From: Amoebophrya sp. A120
Lineage: Eukaryota > Protista > Dinoflagellata
Direction of reading: 5' to 3'
NCBI GenBank assembly: GCA_905178155.1
Contig: CAJINV010000009.1
Coordinates: 2,085,373-2,149,372 of the forward strand
DNA: 64,000 nt
Shown here in pieces: positions 1-10,003 of the stretch. The notes beneath the pieces are model-generated. The model was given only the letters and a program-made list of their open reading frames with translations. It did not search any database and was not told the DNA's origin. How positions within the stretch are numbered: position 1 is the first letter of the stretch; the number at the start of each line of letters is the position of its first letter. The position numbers and the translations under genes were made by a program.

Positions 1-700
1 ACAGCAAGTGCAAGATCATGATACTAGACGACGTAGCACGATACACGACTAGTACCCACCATGAGAGGAAAAAAAGAGAGCAGCGGTTTATCTGGTCCTC
101 TTAACAATAACACCGAGTCTCGCACCGCTAAACCGGTTACACTTTTCACTTCTACCGGGAGGAACACGGAAGAGCTGGTGCACCTGCATCTTCGTCTACT
201 TTAAAACGTCGTGTGTGTGTCCCTGGACCACGCGGAGCGCTTTTTGTTTTTCTTTTCCTCTTAAAAGACAAAGAGGGCGAAAGTACATAGATTAGGATTG
301 TACACAATGAATGTTGTTGAAAAGCATCATACAAAGCATGATCGTAGAAAACACAATGAAAACTTTATAATTGAGTTTAGAGTTTGATGACCAAATATTT
401 TATTTCACCCTCATGATCGCAACATCATCTTCGTCCAGGCAGCAACCCCTTCTGTGTTGTGCCCGCCACTACCAAAAATATCACATACAGCTCCTCCAGG
501 AGCCACGGTGCAGATGTCAATGTCACCAACATAAACGTAGCCTTATTTTGCGAAATAAAACCCTCCCTGAACTTGACAGGCCTTCCACAAAAGTTCAAGT
601 TGCGAACAATCTCCCTACGCCAAAGGTAGGTACTACGGTATCTTCGTTATCCTGTCATTTAGACAGGTACCAAAAAAATATTTGCGATTCGACATACCCC

Positions 701-1801
701 CTACTCGTCAATTTCCAAAAATTCCACATCGGACAAGTCATCTCCGTCGATGTCCCCCCCACCCGCATCTACGACCAGCATGTTCCTGAGGAGCGAGTTC
801 TCCGCCGAGCCCAGACTGTCGAACATGGAGAGCGACAGTCTATCACCCGGATTGTTCGTCGTGGTCCCTCCTGTCCTCGGGCTGCCACCGTTGCTACCCT
901 CGCCACCACCTGGTTCTTCTGGCCGAGGTGTTTTGTTCACCTCCGTGTTCATCGCCAGTTGGAGGCGCTGCTGCATCAACGTTTCGCGACTTATCCCCTT
1001 CTCGCGCATTTCGGCCTCGTCCAGGTCGATGGAGGCGCTCGCGTCCTCGTACAGCGCGTTGTCTACCTTCCAGCGTTCCCAAATTTTCATCCAGTTGGTC
1101 CTCAACATGCCGCAGTCGGGGCACTGCGGGATCCCGAACGGGCAGTCGTACCGCAGCACGCAGTTGCAGTTGTTCCCGGACATTCCTGCGCCGCAGAGGT
1201 ACAGGTCCGTGTTCTCGTAGTGGGTGCCGCACTTGCTGCAAAACATGAAGTCTCGCCCCGGCTTGTGCTTCTCCTCGCAGAGCAGACAAAACCAAAACTG
1301 CCGGTCAAGGCTGTCGGTTGGCGGTTGCAGTTGCGGATGGGCGGTGGCGAGTTGCGCTGCTTGCTCCTTTATCACGGCAGATTCCTCTGAGGCGGCGCCA
1401 CATGCGAGCCTTCGCTGCTCCGGTGTCAGCTTGACTACCACTTTCGCTTTGCCCTGCAGGTAATCCTGGTCCTCGAGCTTGACAAGTGCGTCAACTAGCG
1501 TTTTGGACAGGTCGATATCGAGGTAAATGCTGAGAAAGGTCGTCACGTCAACGTTTTTTCCTAGAATGCCCTCGAACAATTTCTGGTGGTCCGGCGCGCG
1601 GACGAGCTGGCGCCAGATCTCCGCATCCTGGAGCCGGAACCGTTGTTTTTCAAATTCGCCGCAGTCCGTCCCGAGTAATCGGAGAAAAAGCTTGGTGCGG
1701 TACACAAACTCCGAGAACTGCTTCAAATACTGCGTTGTGTATGGCTTCTTTTTGATAACGTCTTCGTACTGTTGCAGCAGCAGTTCCTCCACCTTCGCGA
1801 T
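701..1801 (-). CDS. Hypothetical protein with a Cys-rich (zinc-ribbon-like) central region; probably the terminal exon
   Basis: 363-aa ORF with CLLC-x13-CSKC...CNC...CPDC pairs and an acidic tail. An acceptor-like TTGCATAG lies directly before 1801 with an in-frame stop upstream, so the 5' exon is unresolved. Confidence 0.7.
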   Translation of the reverse strand: MAKVEELLLQQYEDVIKKKPYTTQYLKQFSEFVYRTKLFLRLLGTDCGEFEKQRFRLQDAEIWRQLVRAPDHQKLFEGILGKNVDVTTFLSIYLDIDLSKTLVDALVKLEDQDYLQGKAKVVVKLTPEQRRLACGAASEESAVIKEQAAQLATAHPQLQPPTDSLDRQFWFCLLCEEKHKPGRDFMFCSKCGTHYENTDLYLCGAGMSGNNCNCVLRYDCPFGIPQCPDCGMLRTNWMKIWERWKVDNALYEDASASIDLDEAEMREKGISRETLMQQRLQLAMNTEVNKTPRPEEPGGGEGSNGGSPRTGGTTTNNPGDRLSLSMFDSLGSAENSLLRNMLVVDAGGGDIDGDDLSDVEFLEIDE

Positions 1802-2201
1802 CTATGCAATGGAAAAATCATGCCCCCGCGGCAGCAACAGTTCACATTCAGGAAGTGCACATGGACAACGCCGAGGTCGCTGCATGGAGTAGGATGCACT
1901 CCTTCTCCTTTTTACAAGACCAATTAATAGGTCAGCTCGAGAGCAGCGCAGTGAGTTGCAAAAAGCGTCTCCTATGACCCGACGAATAATATCAAATATC
2001 CTAAACCCTAGACCCATAAAACCCTATCGGCGGACCGGGACGGAAGCAGGACGTAGATCGGAGGGAAGAAGAATTACGACGAATAATAATAATTTTAATT
2101 ATTGATGCTACCTTGCAAACAATTTGCTACTTCGACCTGGATGGAATTACATATCAAAAAGAAGCCGTGTTGCTCACTACTTACACTTTCAAATACATTT
2201 T

Positions 2202-4838
2202 CTACATGAAATAATCAAGCGCCGCGGGTGCGAGGGCGGCGATACTAGTTTTATTGCATAGGACCAACTCGTCGTACACAGTGCTCGGGTCCTCCGGCTC
2301 GACCACCTCCGCAAGGTTGGGGGCACTTAGGCTGGGCATGATCTCCGTGCCGGGGTCCACGCCGTCCAAAAAGCGAATCCGGATGTGATTCTCCTGCAGA
2401 TAAGCGGTGCGCTTCGCGCCCTGCTTCGGCCGTGCAACCGCCTTCGGGTTGGGGGCGAATAGTCGCGGCGATCCAGGCGCCGGCGTAGAGCTCGACCCCG
2501 AGCGGGTCCGAAGGAAAGTGGAGTGATCGTTCTCCTCCGCACCCGGACCCGCCACGGCACGTGTGGAGAGACGGATGGAAGCTGTCTTGCCCACCCCGTC
2601 CAGCTGGGCGACGCTGACCGTTCGCCCACGTTTGGAGTCTCCGGCACCGCGGATGGACTGCTGGGACGCGGAAGAACCGCTACGAAGTAACTCCTTACTC
2701 CGCGCCGACCCGACCCACACGCCTTGCTTCCCGGGTGAGAGGTTCAAATTTGACCCGGAGTGTTGCAATGCTTTGGGCTGGATGCTATCCGACGAATTGT
2801 GGAGTGGTGCTCTGTTGTGGAGACGAACCGTGGCTGGGCACCACGTCGGTCCGTTGTTCGAAATCCCACCGCCACTCATCTTCAAAGACTGATTGCTCCC
2901 GCCCGGCGCCGGGCGGCTGCCACCGCTGTCGTTGTGCGGCTGGGAAAACTGCCTTGCGGGCGCGTGGTCATGCTGCGCCAGCGTGCCACTGCTGGCCTGT
3001 GGGTGTAAGTCCGCGCGCTCCCCCCGGCCGCCGGCGCGCTTCTTTGCACGCGTGAATGTCAGCAGTTGCTGCACCTTTACCTCTGCCTGCAGCTTCGCTC
3101 GCAGCCTCGACGAGTTGATCTTTCCCTTTATTGATTTCGCTTTGTTCTTCGCAACGTTAAGAGCAGTCGTAAAAACATTTTCCTGGGCCGACTTCTGTTG
3201 CGGCGCGGGAGCGTTTCCTTTTCCAACGCTACGGTCCCGGGGCCGCTCGGTTACGACAATTCTATTTCCTAAGACGTCCCTTTTGTCAATACTACTCCTG
3301 CTGGACGACGCTGAAGATGGCTCGACGTCAGACGAGCCTGATCTTCCTGGTCCTCGTCCTCGCCCGCGCGCTGCTTGTCCATCCTTGACCGGCTGCGGAT
3401 TGTTCCATGGTTGGACGTTGTTTCGCTCCAGTTTTATTATGCCCCCCGAGGGAGGCCTGGGCGGCGGGCCAGCTCCGCCGGCAAATTTCTCCCGGTAGCG
3501 ACCTACGCGACCGGTACTTGCAGTGCTATCCCGCTCTGTGGCGCTCGTCAGCGTTGCAGATGCAGCAGCCGCGTCGTTGTAATACGCGTTTTGGTTTTTC
3601 GTCCTGCTCCTCCTTTGCTCCATATTCAGATTGCAGAGGTCGGCTTCGTCGAGCAGCAGGTCACTGCGGTTGCTGAGCCGTGTTACCTCAATCAGGTCCT
3701 TCACGTTGCGGTCTACGTCGCCACCAGGGGTTCCGGTGAGACCTGGCTTCGACATGACGCTTGGCCCTGCGAAATTCTTGATGGCGCCCGGTTGCAAAAC
3801 ACGCTTGGCCGGATAGAAAGCATTTTGATTTTCCTGCTGCGCCCCAGATGCTGGTAGAGGTGCCTTGGACGGTGCCTTGGAGGAGGAGGGAGGTCCTGCT
3901 GGCGCCGTCGTCTTACTGAACTGTCCTTTGAACTTTTCTGTTATCTTTTTTGGCTGCACCTGGATAGGCGTATCCTCGCCCCCTCCGTTCAACGCATAGA
4001 GGAAATTAAACATTCCGGTGCTGTCGTCTGTGTTAGCATTTTCCGGGCTGTTCGTTCGGGCCCTGTTGTTCGCACCTTGAGGTGGACTCCCTGAGCGCTT
4101 ATTGGGCTCCTTGCTTCCTTTGTCCTTTGCAGTCTGCCCTCCGTCGGCCTCGACATCTTCGTCCCAGTAATTGTCAAAGAAGCTGCTGAGCTCTGATTTC
4201 GGTTGTTGCTGGTCCCAGTCGTCTGCGTAACTTGCAATCTGTTGCTGGTTCTTGCCAGCCGTGGCCGCTTGGCGTATTTTACTCCGGGTGTCGCCGCCGC
4301 GCGCAAAGCCCTGGATCGGGCGCACCGTCTCAATTATTTTCGGCGCAGTCGGCGCCGGAGGCAGGAATGGACCTCGCCCGCCCGCAACGTTCTGGGTGAC
4401 CGGCGGCGATTTCCGGCCACCGGGACCAGGAGCTCCTGCAGGTGGGCGAGCACCTCCTTGGTTGTTAATGCTATTGACTTTCGTTGTGCCAGGAGAGGCT
4501 GGTGCAGTAGAATTTTGATTCATTTTCGGCGTACTAGGTGAGCCCTGCTCAAAAATTGCAGGCTTCAATACTTGCCGCGCTTGTTGCTCACCGCGGGCAG
4601 GTGCTGGAGTAGATGATGCCTTCTTATTCGAAGAGTCGACAGCAGCGAGGTACGCATCCCGAGGACTCCCGCTTTTACCACCGCCTGCTTTGACGACAGC
4701 ACCGCCTTCTGACTGCTTGGCCTTTGCCGCCGCGGGTTGACTGTCTTTCGTGGCCGCTTTGCTCTTTGCCTTTCCTGCGCCGCGTCCTCTCGGCTCGTCG
4801 TAGGAGGCGGCAAAGAAGCCTTTGAAGTTGAAATCCAT
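2202..4838 (-). CDS. Hypothetical low-complexity (Gly/Ser/Pro/Ala-rich) protein, about 878 aa
   Basis: Uninterrupted 2.6-kb ORF; first ATG gives MDFNFKG; no domain recognised. Confidence 0.75.
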   Translation of the reverse strand: MDFNFKGFFAASYDEPRGRGAGKAKSKAATKDSQPAAAKAKQSEGGAVVKAGGGKSGSPRDAYLAAVDSSNKKASSTPAPARGEQQARQVLKPAIFEQGSPSTPKMNQNSTAPASPGTTKVNSINNQGGARPPAGAPGPGGRKSPPVTQNVAGGRGPFLPPAPTAPKIIETVRPIQGFARGGDTRSKIRQAATAGKNQQQIASYADDWDQQQPKSELSSFFDNYWDEDVEADGGQTAKDKGSKEPNKRSGSPPQGANNRARTNSPENANTDDSTGMFNFLYALNGGGEDTPIQVQPKKITEKFKGQFSKTTAPAGPPSSSKAPSKAPLPASGAQQENQNAFYPAKRVLQPGAIKNFAGPSVMSKPGLTGTPGGDVDRNVKDLIEVTRLSNRSDLLLDEADLCNLNMEQRRSRTKNQNAYYNDAAAASATLTSATERDSTASTGRVGRYREKFAGGAGPPPRPPSGGIIKLERNNVQPWNNPQPVKDGQAARGRGRGPGRSGSSDVEPSSASSSRSSIDKRDVLGNRIVVTERPRDRSVGKGNAPAPQQKSAQENVFTTALNVAKNKAKSIKGKINSSRLRAKLQAEVKVQQLLTFTRAKKRAGGRGERADLHPQASSGTLAQHDHAPARQFSQPHNDSGGSRPAPGGSNQSLKMSGGGISNNGPTWCPATVRLHNRAPLHNSSDSIQPKALQHSGSNLNLSPGKQGVWVGSARSKELLRSGSSASQQSIRGAGDSKRGRTVSVAQLDGVGKTASIRLSTRAVAGPGAEENDHSTFLRTRSGSSSTPAPGSPRLFAPNPKAVARPKQGAKRTAYLQENHIRIRFLDGVDPGTEIMPSLSAPNLAEVVEPEDPSTVYDELVLCNKTSIAALAPAALDYFM

Positions 4839-5945
4839 GCTCAGCAGTTGCAGCTTTCTCAACTAGTACCTCCACAACAACGCGCCTTATTTATTGACGT
4901 CCGCATGTTGGAGGTGCTGTTCACGCACTCACTGGCCATGGCACAGGGACCCGCTGCCCGACGGAGATCGTTTTGAGTTTCTCTGGTTCTTCTTAGCGTT
5001 AGGTATATAATGTAGTCTGTGCTGTTTCAAAGAAATGCAATCCAAAATGAACTACTTAAATAAAAAGACAATCAGAATGTAGTCATCGTTCGTCGTCGTG
5101 TTCTACCTTGAAGATAGTACGCTTACCATGAAGAGGACGACGAGGAGCTAAAACATACATGGCATGATTCATGAATGATGGTTACAATGAAAATTCTAAA
5201 GTTAGGCAATACACCTATATCTACAGGGTTTGCACGAGAAGAACATTCGCGTTTTTTTTATTTGACAACAAGGGATGGGAAGCTCTTGAATGGACTGCGA
5301 TTTTATCATGTGCCAGCACGAAAATATTGCTTGGAAGTGTACACAAAAGATATTGTTTGTCCGACAAGCCAAATCCTGAACTACGTGCAATGCCACGTTC
5401 TAGGCGTACCGACTGTGAATGAAATACTGCAACAGAATACCGATTTGCCACCTTACCGATTCTTTTTTCCGATAATTGTCAACTACGGAATCTAGTTAAG
5501 TGCTACAACGAGAGCCGAATCATTCTGCACTTCTCTTCCTGGACCGAGATGCTGCGTAAAGAGAAATCTTCGATTGGTCCGACTAGTACTAAAGCACTGC
5601 GGTGAGGCGCAAAATCTGCACTGCCTTCAATGCGGAAAGTCATCAAATCACATGGCACTTTTGATGTGCACATCGAAGTGACATCAAGCCACATGAATCT
5701 GATTTACAACAACGAAGACAAACAAGAACTACTAACACGAACAACAAGAAGATCATTCTGAAAAATAGACTGGCTTCGTACTAGTACAGTGCCTGAGTCG
5801 ATGTTTGTCTAGTAGTCACTTTTTGCCAGAATTTCTTTGTGCTTCACACAGATACGGGTAAGGCAGTCGCTGTTCTGAGTTCGTGTCAAAAGACAGTTGT
5901 CCGTCATTTGTACCAATTGTTGTTCTGCCTGTCGCGCCTCAACCT

Positions 5946-8618
5946 TCACACGTCTCGTCGCTCCATCCAGAAATTAACACTGATACTTGGTGTGAGTGCG
6001 TGCATTGCGTGTAACCAGCCTTTCGGGATTATCACAAGGTCTCCCGGTCCTGCAACAAGATCTATGGGACAGAGCGCAGCTTCGTCCTTCCCGAAGACCT
6101 CGAGATTTGGCACGAAGTTTTTATTCGCACCTTGAGCTTTCGTGGGCCGTGTTGCTTGCTGCTGCGCCAATATGTCAGCCGACGGAGATGTCATCAGTGC
6201 CTGTGCCCGCACGGCGGTAAGCTGCTCCTGACACACATTGGTGACCGGGTTTCGGTGCTTCTGCCAGTACTGCTGTCGTTTGCTTATCTCTTCTTCTAAA
6301 CCGGATTTGTCAATAAATGCAAGAGCGGCCTCGTCGTCCGAAGCCGAACGCGGCCGCTCGCGCTCTACTCTATCAACATTGCAGCTGCTTCTACTAGCGG
6401 CTTCCTTTAGCCCTTCCTTCGGAAAGTGCCACCACGGAGGCGCGATCTTGATGCGTTTGTAGCCAGCGACCTGCACGTAGGCGTTGTCCATGGTGTCGTA
6501 GTGCATATTAGTAATTGTGTTCCGCGTTCCCATCCAGATGCTTGACACATCAGCCTCGAAAGTCCACGGCACTGAGTTTTTCAGTTCCGGAATCTGCCGA
6601 AACAAATTGTGCTGGGCCAGGTACACAATTTGTTCATCTTTATTTTTCCCAGTGTCGCACTCCTGCTTGTGATGCTGATGTGCTCGTCGCCCAGAGCCAG
6701 TGCTGCCCTGATCGCTTGCGCTGATGCCTTCTCGCTGAGGACCACTACCCCGGTCGTCTGGCTGTTGTTCAGGAAGATGCTTCGATTCTGAAGATGAAAG
6801 ATCGCAACATTTGTCTACGTCTTCCTGCTCGTCGTCTTGACTTTGCAGAAAGCATTCGCTCAAAAACTTCTCGAAAGTCCAGTAGGCTTCGGTCATCTCC
6901 GTGCCGCTGTCGTGTCTTGCGGAGGTCATGATGGCTTCGCAGCTGTATATCTCCAACGGCACGACACGGTGCTTGTGCTGTAGCCAGAAGTTCATGGAAT
7001 TCATTTCTTGAAAGCACGGCCAGTCCGCTATGCATTTCCATCGTCGTGCAAAACCGGGAAGGCGTTGGGGCTCGGGGTGAAAATTGGTGTTTTTTGTGTC
7101 GCTGTAGTGAGAGTAGCTGCCTGGTGCGGCTCGCTCTGCCGAAAAGTGCAAGCGGAAGAGTTCGCGCAGGGAGGGTCGTGTGTCAAAAGAGTCATATTCC
7201 GGCGACGAAGGGATATCGATCAGATACTGATTTCGCAACGATGTTGCGAAAGATGAAAGCTGCTTGAGTCCTCCATCCTCACGGACTTCATCTCTCCGAC
7301 GTGACAATGAGGCGTCACCGCCGACGGCGCAGTTGGTGCTGCCGTGTGCTCCTTCATTGGTTGCCGTATGAAGGTCGTGGTCCAAAAGGTGAATCCTCTT
7401 GTTTGGGCAAGGACAAATCTCTGACTCTTTCGACGTCGAGCGCACGACCTTCATATCCTCTCTGCAATTAGAATGATTCTCCTCGGTGATCCTCCTCGTC
7501 GTCGTTTTCGACCTGTGCAACAGGGCCCAGTCGGCACTTTGGATAAGCGTGGATAGTTGTTGCCCCCGACGCCCAAACATAGCGAGACCTCCCCGATTCA
7601 AGCCTTCGTCGAGAGCAGCGAACGCGAGACTGATGTTGTTGGCGTGCTGGCGTAGGGTATCGTTTGAAGTGTCGGTCGAAGTACAGCCATAGCAACCCCC
7701 CAGAATCAAGAGGCAAAACACAAGGCAATCCTGACGGGCTTGTAGTTGAGCATGTGCATGTGGTTCCACCGAATCCCCCACCTCGCCAAGATGCGGATCA
7801 CAAGTTTTACCGCCCACAGCTGCAGCGCCACTTGTCATCTCCATAACACGGGTTTTCACGAGAGAAAGGCCTTCGATTTTCGGCCTCAATGTCGATGACA
7901 AACGCTCTAGCATTCTGCAATTCGAAGTAGGAGGCGACGGGGTGGTGCTCGAAGACACCGACATCGACGTGCTGCCCGCGGCGCTCGTTATAGTAGCAGC
8001 GTTCGTACTATCCGAATCCGGCTTACAACTTCGAATTATTTCTACATCTTCCCCATCCCCATTCTCAGCATCCTTCACAATCTCCTCATGTAACAGGAGG
8101 ACGTCGCGCAGAGCTTTATCTTCCTCCGCACTTCCAAGAATCGCGGTTGCGGCCCCGCCGTCGTGTTCGTTGACCGCTTGGAGCGGTAAAAACTGCTCCC
8201 TGAGCGCCAAGACAGTGGCGTGGTACTGCAGAACCACAGCAGCCTGCTGTGCCTGGCGATCGATGCCAACTACCTTCGTCCTTGTGTAAAAACTTTCTCC
8301 TTGCTTAGTACTGTAGTTCTTTGTTCTGCTAGAGCTAGTACTTGCAATCGCAATGGAATTATCAGCGTCGCGAAAGGACGGAGGCTCGTCTTCACCACAA
8401 CTGGTGGACGAATTTAAGCTATCATCGCAGCTTTTGCTTCCTCCGTATGTTCGTGCCCCTTTTGCTCGCACCACTGATCGGGTAGTCTGAAAACCGTCTT
8501 GCTCTGGTGCAATTTGCGCATGGAAAGAGTGATCGGACACGTAACCCGAAGCAGGATCAACATCCTCCCTATCCTCCTCATCACTGCTGGAGGAAAATAC
8601 CCCCCACGGATCCGCCAT
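5946..8618 (-). CDS. JmjC-domain 2-oxoglutarate/Fe(II) hydroxylase, JMJD5/KDM8-like
   Basis: Motifs YLAQHNLFRQIPELK, WMGTRNTITNMHYD (HxD), VQVAGYKRI and PGDLVIIPKGWLHAM...SISVNFW; long N-terminal extension. Confidence 0.85.
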   Translation of the reverse strand: MADPWGVFSSSSDEEDREDVDPASGYVSDHSFHAQIAPEQDGFQTTRSVVRAKGARTYGGSKSCDDSLNSSTSCGEDEPPSFRDADNSIAIASTSSSRTKNYSTKQGESFYTRTKVVGIDRQAQQAAVVLQYHATVLALREQFLPLQAVNEHDGGAATAILGSAEEDKALRDVLLLHEEIVKDAENGDGEDVEIIRSCKPDSDSTNAATITSAAGSTSMSVSSSTTPSPPTSNCRMLERLSSTLRPKIEGLSLVKTRVMEMTSGAAAVGGKTCDPHLGEVGDSVEPHAHAQLQARQDCLVFCLLILGGCYGCTSTDTSNDTLRQHANNISLAFAALDEGLNRGGLAMFGRRGQQLSTLIQSADWALLHRSKTTTRRITEENHSNCREDMKVVRSTSKESEICPCPNKRIHLLDHDLHTATNEGAHGSTNCAVGGDASLSRRRDEVREDGGLKQLSSFATSLRNQYLIDIPSSPEYDSFDTRPSLRELFRLHFSAERAAPGSYSHYSDTKNTNFHPEPQRLPGFARRWKCIADWPCFQEMNSMNFWLQHKHRVVPLEIYSCEAIMTSARHDSGTEMTEAYWTFEKFLSECFLQSQDDEQEDVDKCCDLSSSESKHLPEQQPDDRGSGPQREGISASDQGSTGSGRRAHQHHKQECDTGKNKDEQIVYLAQHNLFRQIPELKNSVPWTFEADVSSIWMGTRNTITNMHYDTMDNAYVQVAGYKRIKIAPPWWHFPKEGLKEAASRSSCNVDRVERERPRSASDDEAALAFIDKSGLEEEISKRQQYWQKHRNPVTNVCQEQLTAVRAQALMTSPSADILAQQQATRPTKAQGANKNFVPNLEVFGKDEAALCPIDLVAGPGDLVIIPKGWLHAMHALTPSISVNFWMERRDV

Positions 8619-10003
8619 GATAGATGTTCTCTTCAGGTGGAAGTTGTGCCGCGCGTTTAGGGACTGCACGACATACTAAGTCAATGTAGTAGAGTTGCAG
8701 GTACTACATAAACGAATAAAAACATCACTTCACACCTTGTTCAACAGCGCAGAACCCGAGGAGAAACTCTTAACTACTTATGTACTGAGACGAAGCATAC
8801 CTCCCGATCAGGCTATGTATTAAATTGAATTTTATGACGCATGCAAATGGCCTTTTTGCTATGTATTAAATGCCATAGCCTGGACCTGAGAATTTTCCAC
8901 ATTCCTCCCTTGGAATCAACTGTACTCCATGAACATGATAAATTATGCATCTTCTTCGTGTTCCTGTTCTTGATCCGTTTCACATGTTGACTAACACCGA
9001 CCTCGTCGGTCCGTCGACATCCGAGAGTGGCATCTCTTCGTAACAAATGTTCTCTTCCACTCCTTGGATCGCACTTTGTTCATCGATTTTATTCTTTTTC
9101 ATCTGTCGGAGCTAGTCCTAGTGTTCGGCTTCTCGATCTTGAACTTGATGCGCTTCTGATCTCATCTTGATCTTCTCATCCACGATGCGAGGTCGTCAGC
9201 TTCGAGATACTTAAGCTGCACCAAAACATCAGACGTCATTGCTTTTGCATTTCTTTGAAGGAATTAATGTGTGGTATTCAACATTTCATCATGATCTTCC
9301 GGTCTTCGTCTTCGGTGTGATTGTCATGCAAAGGAAATTTTTCATGAATAGCATGAAGGAAAATCGACGAACAATGACTTTTGCAGGAAGAACGGCAGCG
9401 GTCTCTTGCGGCCCACTAAAGAAACTATGTTAGGCCACGACACTGTTTTGACAACGAAGGAATGAAACTCGACGCAGGTCATTGTGAGGCAACAACAAAA
9501 ACTAGTACAATTACTGAAACATACACTGCAACAACATGATTGGAGACCAATTCGAATCTCGACGAGAGTCGAGCGTCTTTATCGAAGGAATCAGAAATGA
9601 CATCACCATCAGGCCGATATTTTCTTGTCACCCACGAACCCGAACTTCGGCAATTTCGTGCTGCTTCGTTATCGTTGCCACAACTGGAACGTTGGTTCAG
9701 ATTGATATAGTTCGATTTTGTTTTATTCAAGCTTCCTTGATGCTTAAGCTTACTCGTCCGTCCTCCGTATGATATCTATGCATGCAACAACACTCATCGT
9801 GCTCAACAACGACGCTGCAGTTGAAGTTCTTGATATTAATCTGAATGATTAATCATATACAACTTCGCGATTCATTATTTTTGTTTTTCATCACACGTCG
9901 GTCTTGGACTTAAAACGACACACCCTTCGGCGCCCCGATAATCATTCCAACATGTGCCTGTTGTAACCCTCGATCTCATGGTCGTCAGAATCTCCGGCTT
10001 CAG

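Noticed and set aside
8990-9780. Coding-like fragments downstream of RTEL1
   Set aside because: Frames are broken by several stops, with no homology and no consistent splice path.
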